A program made the position numbers and the translations under genes. The notes beneath the pieces were generated by a model. The model was not told the origin of the DNA and did no database searches. It saw only the letters and a list, made by a program, of their open reading frames with translations. From Alphaproteobacteria bacterium (GTDB lineage Bacteria > Pseudomonadota > Alphaproteobacteria > UBA828): DNA of 64,000 nt. The DNA lies in the NCBI GenBank assembly GCA_965237415.1, contig CBDEFM010000002.1, forward strand, positions 2,080,001 through 2,144,000, read 5' to 3'. Below are positions 1 through 9,944 of this stretch, in pieces; within the stretch, counting starts at the first letter, position 1, and every line of letters starts with the position of its first letter.

Positions 1-135
1 GGCGCGGCGCGTCAGGCCCTGCAGCACCGCTGGTGCGCCGGCGATTACCGCGCCGGCCGCCGCACCCTTGATGAGGTTGCGCCGTGTCAGCGGAAAGTAG
101 AGGTGCTTGCTGTGCTTACCCTTGCGCTCGTTCAT
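1..135 (-). CDS. Tat-exported protein, N-terminus only (runs off the window edge)
   Basis: Reverse strand reads MNERKGKHSKHLYFPLTRRNLIKGAAAGAVIAGAPAVLQGLTRAA: twin-arginine motif plus hydrophobic stretch, with a GGAGAGG RBS upstream. Confidence 0.7.
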   Translation of the reverse strand, partial: MNERKGKHSKHLYFPLTRRNLIKGAAAGAVIAGAPAVLQGLTRRA

Positions 136-339
136 CGTGTCCTCTCCCTGCAGGCGTCAACGGTCGTATGGGCACGGCCCCGCGCCAGCGGCGATGCGAG
201 GCTCCGCATGCGCGAGCATGGTGACCGGTTTGAGCACGCCGAACAAGCCCGCGGCCGTTCGCCCGCATGTCTCGCCGCCGTCGCGGTCCGGTTCCGCCGC
301 CCACCTCGGCCCGAACTTAATTTTCGTGCGGGATCCGCC

Positions 340-373
340 GGGATTAAGTGGGATTAAGTGGGATAAGTGGGAT
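340..373. repeat. ~10-bp tandem repeat GGGATTAAGT, 3 copies plus a partial
   Basis: gggattaagt gggattaagt gggataagt gggat in an intergenic region. Confidence 0.8.
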
Positions 374-595
374 CCCATAGGACAGGGTCCCGCTCGCCCG
401 AAGGGTCGTGCGCGCGGGATGTCGCCCGCGCCTGAAGGGTCGCGGGCCCGGAATGCAGGGTCGCGCACGCCCGCGCATTTGACCCGCTCGTCCTCGTGCT
501 GCATGGCGCGGATACGCGCGCGGGAGCATGATCGGCACATCCCGCGATCCTGGCACGGCAGCCGCGCACCTTGCACCGCACCAGGGTCCGGGGGG

Positions 596-994
596 TCAGT
601 GGTCGAAGTGGTAGACGATCTGGTCGAAGCGGTCGCGGGGGAAGGAGAATACGAAGACCAGCGGCTCCGCGCCGGTGCAGCGGACGGTGTGCCGGGCATC
701 GGGCGGGATGTAGACCGCGCTGCCCGGCCCCAGCGCCCGCGTGCGGCCCTCGATTTCCATCTCGCCCTGGCCGCTCACGATATAATAGGTCTCCGCCGGC
801 TCGTGATGATGGCGCATGAGCGCCGCGCCGGGCGCGATTTCGGCGATCCCGGTGACGAGCCCCTCGCTCTCCGTCCGCTCGCCGGCGACCAGCAGCTTCC
901 AGCGAATCCCTGTGCCGGTCGCGAGGTTGGCCTCTTCTCCGCCTTCCCAATCGAGGTCGGCCTGATCGACGACGGCAGGTCTCGGCGCGCTCAT
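596..994 (-). CDS. cupin-domain protein, DMSP lyase DddK/DddW-like
   Basis: IRWKLL...GIAEIAPG...HHHEPAETY...VYIPPDARH...FPRDRF: cupin metal motifs, layout like the small cupin DMSP lyases. Confidence 0.7.
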   Translation of the reverse strand: MSAPRPAVVDQADLDWEGGEEANLATGTGIRWKLLVAGERTESEGLVTGIAEIAPGAALMRHHHEPAETYYIVSGQGEMEIEGRTRALGPGSAVYIPPDARHTVRCTGAEPLVFVFSFPRDRFDQIVYHFDH

Positions 995-1049
995 CGTCTC
1001 CTCCCTCTGGGCCAGGCCTCGATCGCGAGGCGGTGCTCGTCTCGCATCG

Positions 1050-2006
1050 TCAACCGATACTGTTGCACGGGTTTTCGGGCGGCTCGCCGGCCAGCACGCG
1101 CACGACCTCCTCCGCGCCGCGCCGCCTGAGCTCAGCCAGCGAGGCGTCGGAGGAGAAGGCCACGTGCGGCGTCGCGATCACGTCCGCCCGGGCCACGAGA
1201 GCGGCGGGCGGGTTCGGCTCGCCCTCCACCACATCGAGGCCGGCGCCCGCGAGACGGCCGGCATCGAGGGCGGCAATCAGCGCATCGTTGTCGACCACCG
1301 GGCCCCGGCTCACGTTGATGAGGAAGGCGCCCGGCTTGAGCTGAGCGAGGAAGGCCGCGTCCACCAGATGATGCGTCTCGTCGGTGAGCGGCAGGTGGAC
1401 GATGACGATGTCGGCCTCGGCAGCCAGCCGGTCGAGCCCGACCATGCGTGCCGGCACGGTCTCCGGCACCTCGGCGATGTCGTGGCCGAGGACGGTCATG
1501 CCGAGGGCCGCGAGCTTGCGTGCGGTGCAGCGCCCGATCCGCCCGAGCCCGAGGATGCCGGCGGTCAGCGTTGCGCCGCGGCGGAGCCGAGCGCCGGAGG
1601 GGTCCCATTGGCCGGCCTTCACCGCACGGTCGAAGTGCGCGATGCCGCGGAACCAGGCAAACGCCAGGGCCACCGCGTGATCCGAGACCTCCTCGACGCA
1701 ATAGTCCGGCACATTGGCGACCCAGGCGCCCCGCGCCGTCGCCGCCTCCATGGCGATATTGTCGAGCCCCACCCCCAGCCGCTGCACGATCTTGAGCGCG
1801 GAGGGCGCGCGGATCGCTTCGGCCGAGATATCCGCCCAGCAGGTGAGAATCGCGACGGGGTCGTGCTCCGCGACCATGGCCTCCACCGCCGCCGCCGGGC
1901 TCGGCTCCGAAGGGCCCGTGACCAGCCTGTGGCCGGCGCCCTCGATCACGCCGCGCTCGATGGTGACATCCGACCAGGCGAAGTCGGTCTGGAGTACGGT
2001 CGCCAT
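1050..2006 (-). CDS. D-isomer-specific 2-hydroxyacid dehydrogenase (CtBP-like)
   Basis: GVGLDNI, NVPDYCVEEVSDH, GLGRIG, NVSRGPVV, TPHVAF motifs. Confidence 0.9.
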   Translation of the reverse strand: MATVLQTDFAWSDVTIERGVIEGAGHRLVTGPSEPSPAAAVEAMVAEHDPVAILTCWADISAEAIRAPSALKIVQRLGVGLDNIAMEAATARGAWVANVPDYCVEEVSDHAVALAFAWFRGIAHFDRAVKAGQWDPSGARLRRGATLTAGILGLGRIGRCTARKLAALGMTVLGHDIAEVPETVPARMVGLDRLAAEADIVIVHLPLTDETHHLVDAAFLAQLKPGAFLINVSRGPVVDNDALIAALDAGRLAGAGLDVVEGEPNPPAALVARADVIATPHVAFSSDASLAELRRRGAEEVVRVLAGEPPENPCNSIG

Positions 2007-2067
2007 GGGTCACTCTCCCTCGTGGCGCGGATCGAGCACCGCCATCCCGCTCACGGAAGCCGATCCG

Positions 2068-3297
2068 TCAGAGGGCGTTCTTGCAGAACCTGCCCTCCTT
2101 CATGATGACCGGGATGTGGCGCCCCTGCTCCTGCAGGAGCCCGAGGTCGCCGAGGGGGTCGCCGTCCACCACCAGGATGTCCGCCACCGCGCCCGGCGCG
2201 ATCGTGCCAAGCTCGCCCGAGCGCTGGATCAGCGCCGCGTTGATCGAGGTCGCCGACCGCAGCACGTCGACCGGCGCCAGCACCTCGCTCCGGATCAGGA
2301 ACTCCTGGCTCTGCCGGTCCTGAAGCGACCCGAGCAGATCGGTGCCGAAGCCCATCGGCACGCCGGCGGCCTGGCAAATCTCGAGAGAGCGCAGCCCATC
2401 CTCGCCGAGGCCCTGGAGCTTGTCGGCATAGATTTTGGGCAGCCCTATTTCGGCCCCGGACTCGATCATGGCGAAGAGCGTCACCAGCGTCGGTACGACG
2501 AAGGCCCCGGCCGCCGCCGCCGCCTCCGCCGCCTCGGCGTCGATCAGGGTGCCGTGCTCGATCGAGCGCACGCCGAGCTCCGCGCAGCGACGCACCGCGT
2601 TTGCCGTGTGCGCGTGCGCCATCACATAGGTGCGCCGGGTCGCGGCCTCCTCCACGCCGACCCGGATCTCCTCGTCGGAATACTGATCCATCCAAAGGGG
2701 ATCGGTCGGCGAGAGCACGCCGCCCGAAACCATCATCTTGATCTGGTGGGCACCCTTGCGCAGCTCCTCCCGCGCCGCCCGGCGGACCGCATCGACCCCG
2801 TCTGCGACCTGCGTGATCGGCCCGTGGTAGGCGGCGCAGCCGCAGGGCTCGAAGCGGGTCTGGCTGCGCATGTCGCCGTGGCCGCCGGTCTGGCTCAGCC
2901 CGCGGCCTGCGAACAGGATCCGGGGGCCCGCGATCAGGCCGCGCTCCACCGCCATCGCGAGGCCGAGATCGGCGCCGCCCGCGTCGCGCACCGTGGTGAA
3001 CCCGCGCCTGAGCGCACCCTCCAGACTGTGCCGCGCGTGCTGGTAGAGCAGCGACGCCGGCATGTCTTCGATCGACTGAACGTCGATCTCGACGAGCAGG
3101 GCGTGAAAGTGGGCATCGATCAGGCCCGGCATCAGGGTGCGGCCGGCGCAGGCCACGCGCTCTGCATCGGCCGGTGCCCGGACCGTGCCGTCGGCGACCT
3201 CCTCGATCCGGCCGTCCTCCACCACCACCGTCGCGTTCTCGCGCGGCTCGGCCGAGACCCCGTCGAAGACCCTGCATCCCTCGAAGACGATCGTCAC
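2068..3297 (-). CDS. metal-dependent amidohydrolase (Xaa-Pro dipeptidase-like)
   Basis: MPGLIDAHFH, GFTTVRDAGG, SQTGGHGD, SIEHG, FGTD motifs. Confidence 0.9.
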   Translation of the reverse strand: MTIVFEGCRVFDGVSAEPRENATVVVEDGRIEEVADGTVRAPADAERVACAGRTLMPGLIDAHFHALLVEIDVQSIEDMPASLLYQHARHSLEGALRRGFTTVRDAGGADLGLAMAVERGLIAGPRILFAGRGLSQTGGHGDMRSQTRFEPCGCAAYHGPITQVADGVDAVRRAAREELRKGAHQIKMMVSGGVLSPTDPLWMDQYSDEEIRVGVEEAATRRTYVMAHAHTANAVRRCAELGVRSIEHGTLIDAEAAEAAAAAGAFVVPTLVTLFAMIESGAEIGLPKIYADKLQGLGEDGLRSLEICQAAGVPMGFGTDLLGSLQDRQSQEFLIRSEVLAPVDVLRSATSINAALIQRSGELGTIAPGAVADILVVDGDPLGDLGLLQEQGRHIPVIMKEGRFCKNAL

Positions 3298-3325
3298 GAT
3301 GCTGCTCCCTTATCCGACCCGCCGA

Positions 3326-5086
3326 CTACCACGCGAGCCCGTAGGCCGGCCGCCGCGGGTCCGCTCCGCCCGAAATCGTGCACCGAGCGATATCCTGAAC
3401 CAGCACGCACATCGCGCCCGCCGGCCAGGCCCACTCCGGCCACCAGTCGACCCCGTGCCCCCACGCGGCGAGCGCCTCGCCTGCGGCCTCGGGAATTCGC
3501 GCCTCCAGCATCAGCTTGTTGGGATGGTACTCGTGCGGCTCGAAAGAGTTGGGGAAGCTCATGGTGGCGAAGCGCGGTGCCTCGACGGCAGCCTGCGGGT
3601 TCATGCCGTAGGTCACGATGTTCACGAAGGTCTGGAGCATCGCCTGGATCTGGACGTCGCCGCCCGGCGTGCCGAAGGGCATGACGAAGGCGCCGTCCTT
3701 GATCGCAAGCGCCGGGTTGGGCGTGAGCCGCGGCCGCTTGCCGGGGGCGACGCTCGACGCGTGCCGAGGGTCGGCCCAGGATTGCGCGCCGCGCGAGGAG
3801 ACGCAGAGCCCGGTGCCGGGGATCACCGGCGTGTCGAAGGAGATATCGCTCGGCGTCGCCGAGAAGACGTTGCCTTCGCTGTCGATGGCGCAGACGTAGG
3901 AGGTATCGTGCGCGGCCTCGACCGGCCCTGCCGCTGCCGCAGCCCGCGAAGGGGCGTCCTGCGCAAGGCCGCCCGTGGGGTCGCCCGCCGTCGGCATCTC
4001 GGGCCAGGCCTCGCCCGGCCGGATGAGGGAGCGGCGGCTGGCGATGTAGTCGTCCGAGAGCAGCGCCGCCGTCGGCACGTCGACGAAGCGGGGGTCGCCG
4101 ATCCAGCGTTCGCGGTCCGCGAAAGCCAGCTTCAGCGCCTCTACCATCATGTGCAGCGCGTCCGGGCTGTTGTGGCCCATCGCCGCCAGCGCCTTCAGGT
4201 CGAGCAGGCGGAGCGCCTGGAGCAGCGCCGGCCCCTGGCACCAGGGGCCGCAGGCATAGACGTCGATGCCCTCGATCGTGACCCGCTCGGGCGGCTCCAC
4301 CGCCACCCTGAAGGAGGCGAGGTCGTCGGCCGTGAGCAGGCCGCCGTTCTCGCGATGGTATTGGACGATGGCCGCGGCGATATCGCCCCGGTAGAAGGCG
4401 GCGCGGGCGGCGGCGAGGCCCGCGGCGCGGCCGCCACCGGCGGCGCGCTCCTCATCCGCCATGTACTGGAGGGAGCGCCCGAGGTCGGCCTGCACGAAGA
4501 CATCGCCGACGGCGGGCGGGCGGCCGCCCGGCAGATAGATCGCCGCGTTGGACGGCCAGCGGGCGTAGTTCTCGACCTTATTCGCGATCACGCTCGCCAT
4601 CAGCGGGTACATGACGAAGCCGTCGCGCGCGAGCCTGATCGAGGCCTCGGCCACCTCGCCGAAGGTCATCGTTCCGTGGCGTTCGAGCGCGGTGATCCAG
4701 GCGTCGGGTGCGGCCGGCGCGACGGTGCGCAGCAGGCCCACCGGGATGTGCCCGTCGTGCTCGCGTTGGAAGAGTTCGGGCGTCATCGCGCTGGGCCAGG
4801 TGCCGAGGCCGCTGATGGTCTCCACCTGCCCCGTCTTCGCGCTGTAGAGGATGATCGGGGCGACGCCTGCGACATTGACCAGATCGCTGTGCACGATGCC
4901 CAAAGCGATGCCTGCGGCCACGCCCGCGTCGATGGCGTTGCCGCCTGCCTCCAGGATCGCGAAGCCCGCCTCCGCTGCCAGGTAGTGCCCGGCGACGATC
5001 GCGTGTCGATGGCCGCGGATCACCGGCCTGAGCGCGTCGATCGCCTCGGGGTCGAACGCCGCGTATTCGCTTCGGCGTCTGATCAT
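3326..5086 (-). CDS. ggt: gamma-glutamyltransferase family protein
   Basis: GGNAIDAGVA, HDTSYV (autocleavage Thr), PGKRPRLT, FGTPGGDVQ, GGADPRR; start taken at MIRRRSE. Confidence 0.9.
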   Translation of the reverse strand: MIRRRSEYAAFDPEAIDALRPVIRGHRHAIVAGHYLAAEAGFAILEAGGNAIDAGVAAGIALGIVHSDLVNVAGVAPIILYSAKTGQVETISGLGTWPSAMTPELFQREHDGHIPVGLLRTVAPAAPDAWITALERHGTMTFGEVAEASIRLARDGFVMYPLMASVIANKVENYARWPSNAAIYLPGGRPPAVGDVFVQADLGRSLQYMADEERAAGGGRAAGLAAARAAFYRGDIAAAIVQYHRENGGLLTADDLASFRVAVEPPERVTIEGIDVYACGPWCQGPALLQALRLLDLKALAAMGHNSPDALHMMVEALKLAFADRERWIGDPRFVDVPTAALLSDDYIASRRSLIRPGEAWPEMPTAGDPTGGLAQDAPSRAAAAAGPVEAAHDTSYVCAIDSEGNVFSATPSDISFDTPVIPGTGLCVSSRGAQSWADPRHASSVAPGKRPRLTPNPALAIKDGAFVMPFGTPGGDVQIQAMLQTFVNIVTYGMNPQAAVEAPRFATMSFPNSFEPHEYHPNKLMLEARIPEAAGEALAAWGHGVDWWPEWAWPAGAMCVLVQDIARCTISGGADPRRPAYGLAW

Positions 5087-5088
5087 GG

Positions 5089-6351
5089 CTACTCCTGGTT
5101 GGCGAGATCGACGAGACAGGCGGCGAGCGTCCGGGCGCCGGCGGCGAGGTCGGCCGGCGTCGCGTTCTCCGCCTCGTTGTGGCTGAGGCCCCGCTCGCAG
5201 GGCACGAAGATCATGCCGGTGGGGCAAAGATGATTGATGTGGCCTGCATCGTGGCCTGCGCCGGAGGGCAGGCGCATGACCGGGTGGCCCAGGCTCTCGG
5301 CGTAGCGCTCCACCATGTCGATCAGGGTGGGGTCGAACACGAGGGGCGCAATCTCCATGATGGGCCTGACCGTAACCCCGCAGCCTCTCGCGTTTGCCTC
5401 GCAGGTGGCCGCGATCTGAGAACCGATGCGGTCGATCACTGCCGGGTCGGGATGGCGGAAGTCGATGGTGAAGAACACGCGGCTCGGCACCGTGGCGGGC
5501 GAGCCGGGGTGGCACTCGAAGCGGCCCACGGTGAAGCGCACCGTGTCGCTTTCGTCGGCCATCAGCTCCTCAAGCGCGTGGACCATGGACACCGCCGCCT
5601 TGAGAGCATCCCTGCGCACCCTGAGCGGGGTGGTTCCCGCGTGCGCCTCAGCGCCGCTCACCTCAACGCCGAACCAGTAGATGCCCTGGATCCCCGTCAC
5701 GGCGCCGATGGTCAGGCCTTCGTTCTCCAGCCGCGGCCCCTGCTCGATATGCGCCTCGACGTAGGCCGCGAAGGGATGCCCGAAGGGGCGATGCGGCAGT
5801 CCTGGCGTAGACGCAAGGGTCTCGGCGAGCGCTTCTTCTAGAGTCACGCCCTGGCGGTCCTCGATGCCGAGCTGATCCTCCAGCCTGAGCACGCCGGCGA
5901 ACACCGCAGAGCCCATGGCGCCCGGCTGAAAGCGCCCGCCCTCCTCATTGGTCCAGGCGACGAGATCGATGGGCCGCTCGGTCTCGACGCCGGCGCGTGC
6001 GATGGCCTCCAGTGCTTCGAAGCCGCCGACCACGCCGTAGGCACCGTCGAACCTGCCGCCGCGCGGCTGGCTGTCGAGATGGCTCCCTGTCACCACGGGC
6101 GCGGCATCGGCCTGCTGGCCGGGGAGGCGGACGTAGAGGTTCGCGATGCCGTCGGTGGCGACCTCGAATCCCAGATCCCCCGCCCACTCCACCATCAGCC
6201 TGCGGGCGGCCCTGTCCTCGTCCGAGAGTGCAGCGCGGTTGACGCCGCCGCGCTCGGTCGCGCCAAACTCCGCCATCGCCATATGGCGGGACCAGAGCCT
6301 CGCCTCGTCCACAGCCGCTGCGGCCGCGAGCGCCTCAGCCTTCGCGTCCAT
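5089..6351 (-). CDS. M20 Zn-dependent hydrolase (allantoate amidohydrolase / N-carbamoyl-amino-acid hydrolase family)
   Basis: GSHLDSQPRGGRFDGAYGV, NEEGGRF, EAHIEQGP, SGAGHDA, SHNEAE; start at MDAKAE. Confidence 0.9.
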   Translation of the reverse strand: MDAKAEALAAAAAVDEARLWSRHMAMAEFGATERGGVNRAALSDEDRAARRLMVEWAGDLGFEVATDGIANLYVRLPGQQADAAPVVTGSHLDSQPRGGRFDGAYGVVGGFEALEAIARAGVETERPIDLVAWTNEEGGRFQPGAMGSAVFAGVLRLEDQLGIEDRQGVTLEEALAETLASTPGLPHRPFGHPFAAYVEAHIEQGPRLENEGLTIGAVTGIQGIYWFGVEVSGAEAHAGTTPLRVRRDALKAAVSMVHALEELMADESDTVRFTVGRFECHPGSPATVPSRVFFTIDFRHPDPAVIDRIGSQIAATCEANARGCGVTVRPIMEIAPLVFDPTLIDMVERYAESLGHPVMRLPSGAGHDAGHINHLCPTGMIFVPCERGLSHNEAENATPADLAAGARTLAACLVDLANQE

Positions 6352-6518
6352 CGTCAACCTCCTGGCGCTCACCGTAAAACACCGCGCAGTGCAAGCAAAG
6401 CTGGCGTAGCGGCAAATTGGGGCCCAAGCGAGCGGAGCGAGCGCCCGGCGCTTGAGGGAAATGAGTAAGTGGAGGAGAGGGCCGGGGTGAGGTGGGGGGA
6501 TGCTCTTTTCTCGCTTGC

Positions 6519-7184
6519 TCACCCTCGCTTGCGGCAGATCGTGAGGCCGTCGCCCACCGGCAGCATGGCGATCGTCACCCGCTCGTCACCGTGGATCTTC
6601 CTGTTCAGGGCATCGACGACGGGGGTGTTCTCGCTCCAGCGTTTGCGCTCGGCGATCTGGCCCATGTGGAAGGTGTTGTCGATCAGAATCAGGCCGCCGG
6701 AGCGCACCAGCGCGAGGCAGTGCTCGTAGTAGATGTCGTAGCCCGACTTGTCGGCGTCGATGAAGGCGAAATCGTAGTGCCCGTCGAGGCCTTCTCTGCG
6801 GAGCGCCGCAAGGCTCTCCCTGGCGTCTCCCAGACGCAGTTCGATCCGCTCGGCGAGCCCCGCCTCCGCCCAGTAGCGCTGTGCGATCCCGGTATAGTCC
6901 GCGTCGATGTCGAGCGCCGTGAGCCTGCCGTCTGCGCCCATCGCCTGTGCCACCACGAGGGCGCTGTAGCCGGTGAAGACGCCGACCTCAAGCGCACGTC
7001 TGGCCCCGATCAGCTCCACCAGCAGCGCCATCAGCGCGCCTTGCTCGGGCGAAATCTGCATCAGCCCCATCTCGTGGCGCGCGGTCTCCTCGCGCAGGCG
7101 GCGCATGACCGCGCTCTCGCGCACGCCGTGAGCCTGAAGATAGTCGTGCAGCGCGTGTGTGAGCGCGGTCGGGCGGCTGGACAT
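6519..7184 (-). CDS. SAM-dependent O-methyltransferase (caffeoyl-CoA OMT-like)
   Basis: MQISPEQG, LEVGVFTGYSAL, FDFAFIDADK-like segment, IDN motif. Confidence 0.9.
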   Translation of the reverse strand: MSSRPTALTHALHDYLQAHGVRESAVMRRLREETARHEMGLMQISPEQGALMALLVELIGARRALEVGVFTGYSALVVAQAMGADGRLTALDIDADYTGIAQRYWAEAGLAERIELRLGDARESLAALRREGLDGHYDFAFIDADKSGYDIYYEHCLALVRSGGLILIDNTFHMGQIAERKRWSENTPVVDALNRKIHGDERVTIAMLPVGDGLTICRKRG

Positions 7185-7265
7185 GACGTTCCCTGCGGGT
7201 CTTCTGCGGGCGAGGTAGGGGCGCCGGTCATAGCACGGGGCAGCGCCGCCGGCGATGGATCGAGG

Positions 7266-8264
7266 CTACCGCGCGGCGCGCCAGACGAGGCCCAGCACCT
7301 CGATCAAGTCGAGGGTGCGTGCGACGTAGTGATCGCGCACGGTGAAGCGGCTATCCCCCTGGCCTGTCAACTCGCGCTCGAGGCAGTCGATCAGGCGCCT
7401 GAGGCGGCGGTGGTGAAGGCCGAGCCGGCGCTGGATTGGATCGGAGACCACGCCGGAGAACGCGCCGATCACCGCGCCTGCCGCCAGGAGGCCGCCGGTG
7501 AGCCCGATGGAGAGCGCGGCCGGTGCCGCTGCCGGGAAGACGCCGTACCAGAGCGCCCCCGCCCCGCTGCCGAGGGGGAAGCCCGCGATCGCCGCATTCT
7601 GCACCAGCACCTGGGCTGTCGCCGGGCCGAGCGACATCATGCCGGGCGTAAACTTCTTGAAAGCGAACGCGCCGACACCGGCGCTCACCGCCGCATTGGT
7701 AAGGTCCGCAGCCGCGACCCGCGTCCCCTCATAGGCGCTCGCCGCACCGGCGAGCCAGGCGCGGAAGGCCTCCTGCTCTGCGGGCGAGCGCAGCTCGTCT
7801 CCGCTGCCCGCTGCGATGCGGGGGTCGCGCAGGATCTCCTCGGCCAGCGCATCGCGCTCCGACATGCGCTCGCCCTGTCGGATCGGGAGCTCCAGCAGCT
7901 CGGTGAAGAGGCGCCACTCGAGCTCCCGCGCGACGTCGGTCTGGAGGAAATAGCGCCGGCTGTCGAGCCAGTCTGCGGCCGGCGCGAATCCCGCGCGTCG
8001 CGCCAGACCGGCGCTCACCCGCGCTGCGAGATGTGGCGCTGACAGGGCAAGATTGGCCGGCGAGCGCACGAGGTCCCAGCCGAGCGCCCGGCGGTGGAGT
8101 CGGAGCGTGCCGGGCAGCGAGAACGTGCGGTCCACGAAGTCGTCGATCTTGGCCCGCCGCGCGTCGCAGTAGCGCGCCGCGGCCTCGTCCACGATCAGGC
8201 GCGCCGCCGCATCGCCTCCCTCGCCCTCGGGCGCGGCGGCAGCGTCGGCGGGGATATCGCTCAT
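7266..8264 (-). CDS. conserved hypothetical membrane-associated protein
   Basis: 332-aa ORF with host-like composition, co-oriented with neighbours, hydrophobic C-terminal half. Confidence 0.7.
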   Translation of the reverse strand: MSDIPADAAAAPEGEGGDAAARLIVDEAAARYCDARRAKIDDFVDRTFSLPGTLRLHRRALGWDLVRSPANLALSAPHLAARVSAGLARRAGFAPAADWLDSRRYFLQTDVARELEWRLFTELLELPIRQGERMSERDALAEEILRDPRIAAGSGDELRSPAEQEAFRAWLAGAASAYEGTRVAAADLTNAAVSAGVGAFAFKKFTPGMMSLGPATAQVLVQNAAIAGFPLGSGAGALWYGVFPAAAPAALSIGLTGGLLAAGAVIGAFSGVVSDPIQRRLGLHHRRLRRLIDCLERELTGQGDSRFTVRDHYVARTLDLIEVLGLVWRAAR

Positions 8265-8269
8265 GGGAC

Positions 8270-9661
8270 CTATGTGGCGCCCACTCCCGCGTCGTCAAGG
8301 CAAGGCGCTCGGCGGAGGTGCCAGTCGGTCGCCTGCTGATAGGCGTGACCGACCCTGAACAGCAGCGGCTCCGCCCCCCAGGCGGCCTCCAGCATCATAC
8401 CGATGGGCAGACCGTCCGAGGAGAAGCCGCAAGGGACCGAAAGACCCGGTATCGATGCCAGCGCGCCGCTGTAGGTGAAGCGCGTCGCATCCTGGGTGGC
8501 GCGGTGAAGGCTGCGATCGTCGGCGATGGACGCCGCCGGCCGGGGCGTGGTCGGCGCGAGCAGGACATCCACGGTCTCGAAGACCTGCGCGAGCGCCCGC
8601 CGCCACGCCTCGCGCCCGCGCATGGCCTCGGCATAGTCCACCGCGCTGAACTCGCGGCCCATGATCATGCGCTCGTAGACCGCCTCGGAGAGCGCGCCGG
8701 GGCCGGCGTCGAGCCGCTCCTTGTGGTAGGCGCAGGCATCGGCGTAGGCCATGATCGTGGTCCAGCGCTGGGCGGTCTCGGCGCCCGGCAGCGTGACATC
8801 CACCAGATGGGCGCCGAGGGATTCGAGGGTGCCGGCGCCGGCCCGGACCGCGGCCTCGACCTCGGCGTCGACGCTCTCGAAGAAGAAGTTGCGCGCGAGC
8901 CCGATACGCACGCCCTCGATCCCGTCGTCCAGCCGGGGCAGGAAGTTGTCGAGGGGCAGATCGCGCGAGACCGGATCGAGCGGGTCGTAGGCGGCGAGCG
9001 CGGCGAAGAGGCGCGCGACATCCGCCACGGAGCGCGCCATCGGGCCGACGGTGTCGTGCGCGACGCTGACCGGTGTGATGCCGCGGATCGAGATGCGCCC
9101 ATGCGTGGGGCGCAAGCCCGCGATACCCGTCATCGAGGCCGGTATCCGCACCGAGCCGCCGGTATCGGTGCCAAGCGCGGCGTCGGCCATCTCGGCCGCG
9201 ACGGTGGCGCCGGAGCCGCCGCTGGAGCCCCCGGGAATGCGCTCCGGGTTCCACGGATTGCGGCACTGGCCGAACACCGGGTTGGTCGAGACCACACCCC
9301 AGGCGAGCTCCTGCATGTTGGCCTTGCCGATCAGTACCGCGCCCTGGGCCTTCAACCGCCCGACCACGGGAGCGTCGCGGTTGGGGATGTGGTCGGCGAG
9401 GTAGGCGGCGCCGCTGGTGGTGCGCACGCCTGCCGTCTCGATGTTGTCCTTGAGCGCGATGGGCATGCCGTGCAGGAGGCCGAGCCAGCGCCCCTCGGCG
9501 GCCGCCCGGTCGCAGGCATCGGCCTCTGCCCGCGCCCGCTCCGCCGTGGTCGTCGCCATGGCGTTGAGCACGGGATCGAGCTGCTCGATCCGCGCGAGGC
9601 AGCGCTCGACCGCCGCCCGTGCAGCGCCGGGCAGAGGCCGGTCGGGCACCCCTCCGCTCAT
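8270..9661 (-). CDS. amidase signature family protein
   Basis: LHGMPIALKDN, GGSSGGS, GTDTGGSVRIPA. Confidence 0.9.
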   Translation of the reverse strand: MSGGVPDRPLPGAARAAVERCLARIEQLDPVLNAMATTTAERARAEADACDRAAAEGRWLGLLHGMPIALKDNIETAGVRTTSGAAYLADHIPNRDAPVVGRLKAQGAVLIGKANMQELAWGVVSTNPVFGQCRNPWNPERIPGGSSGGSGATVAAEMADAALGTDTGGSVRIPASMTGIAGLRPTHGRISIRGITPVSVAHDTVGPMARSVADVARLFAALAAYDPLDPVSRDLPLDNFLPRLDDGIEGVRIGLARNFFFESVDAEVEAAVRAGAGTLESLGAHLVDVTLPGAETAQRWTTIMAYADACAYHKERLDAGPGALSEAVYERMIMGREFSAVDYAEAMRGREAWRRALAQVFETVDVLLAPTTPRPAASIADDRSLHRATQDATRFTYSGALASIPGLSVPCGFSSDGLPIGMMLEAAWGAEPLLFRVGHAYQQATDWHLRRAPCLDDAGVGAT

Positions 9662-9944
9662 GCCCTGGCGCGCCCTACTAGCCCGCATTTCTCACCATGG
9701 TCATGGTCTGCGCGTCGCTGTCCGGCCGACAGAGCAGGAAAGGCGCGCAGCGCGATGCGGTGCATCGGGCAAGAGCCTTGACGCACTCTGTCGGCCGGAC
9801 AGCGACGCCCTTCGGGTCGCGCCCAGGCGCCCGCCCGCGGCGTCGCGGGCCTCAACCGTAGCTTCAGCTACGCTTTTCGGCCCGCTCCTGGCGGATCGAA
9901 CGCCTGGGCGCGACGCAGGCCGTGACCCTGGTGAGAAATACGGG

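Noticed and set aside
340-373. MraZ boxes (TGGGA at ~10-bp period)
   Set aside because: The adjacent genes are a Tat-exported protein and a cupin, not mraZ or the dcw cluster.
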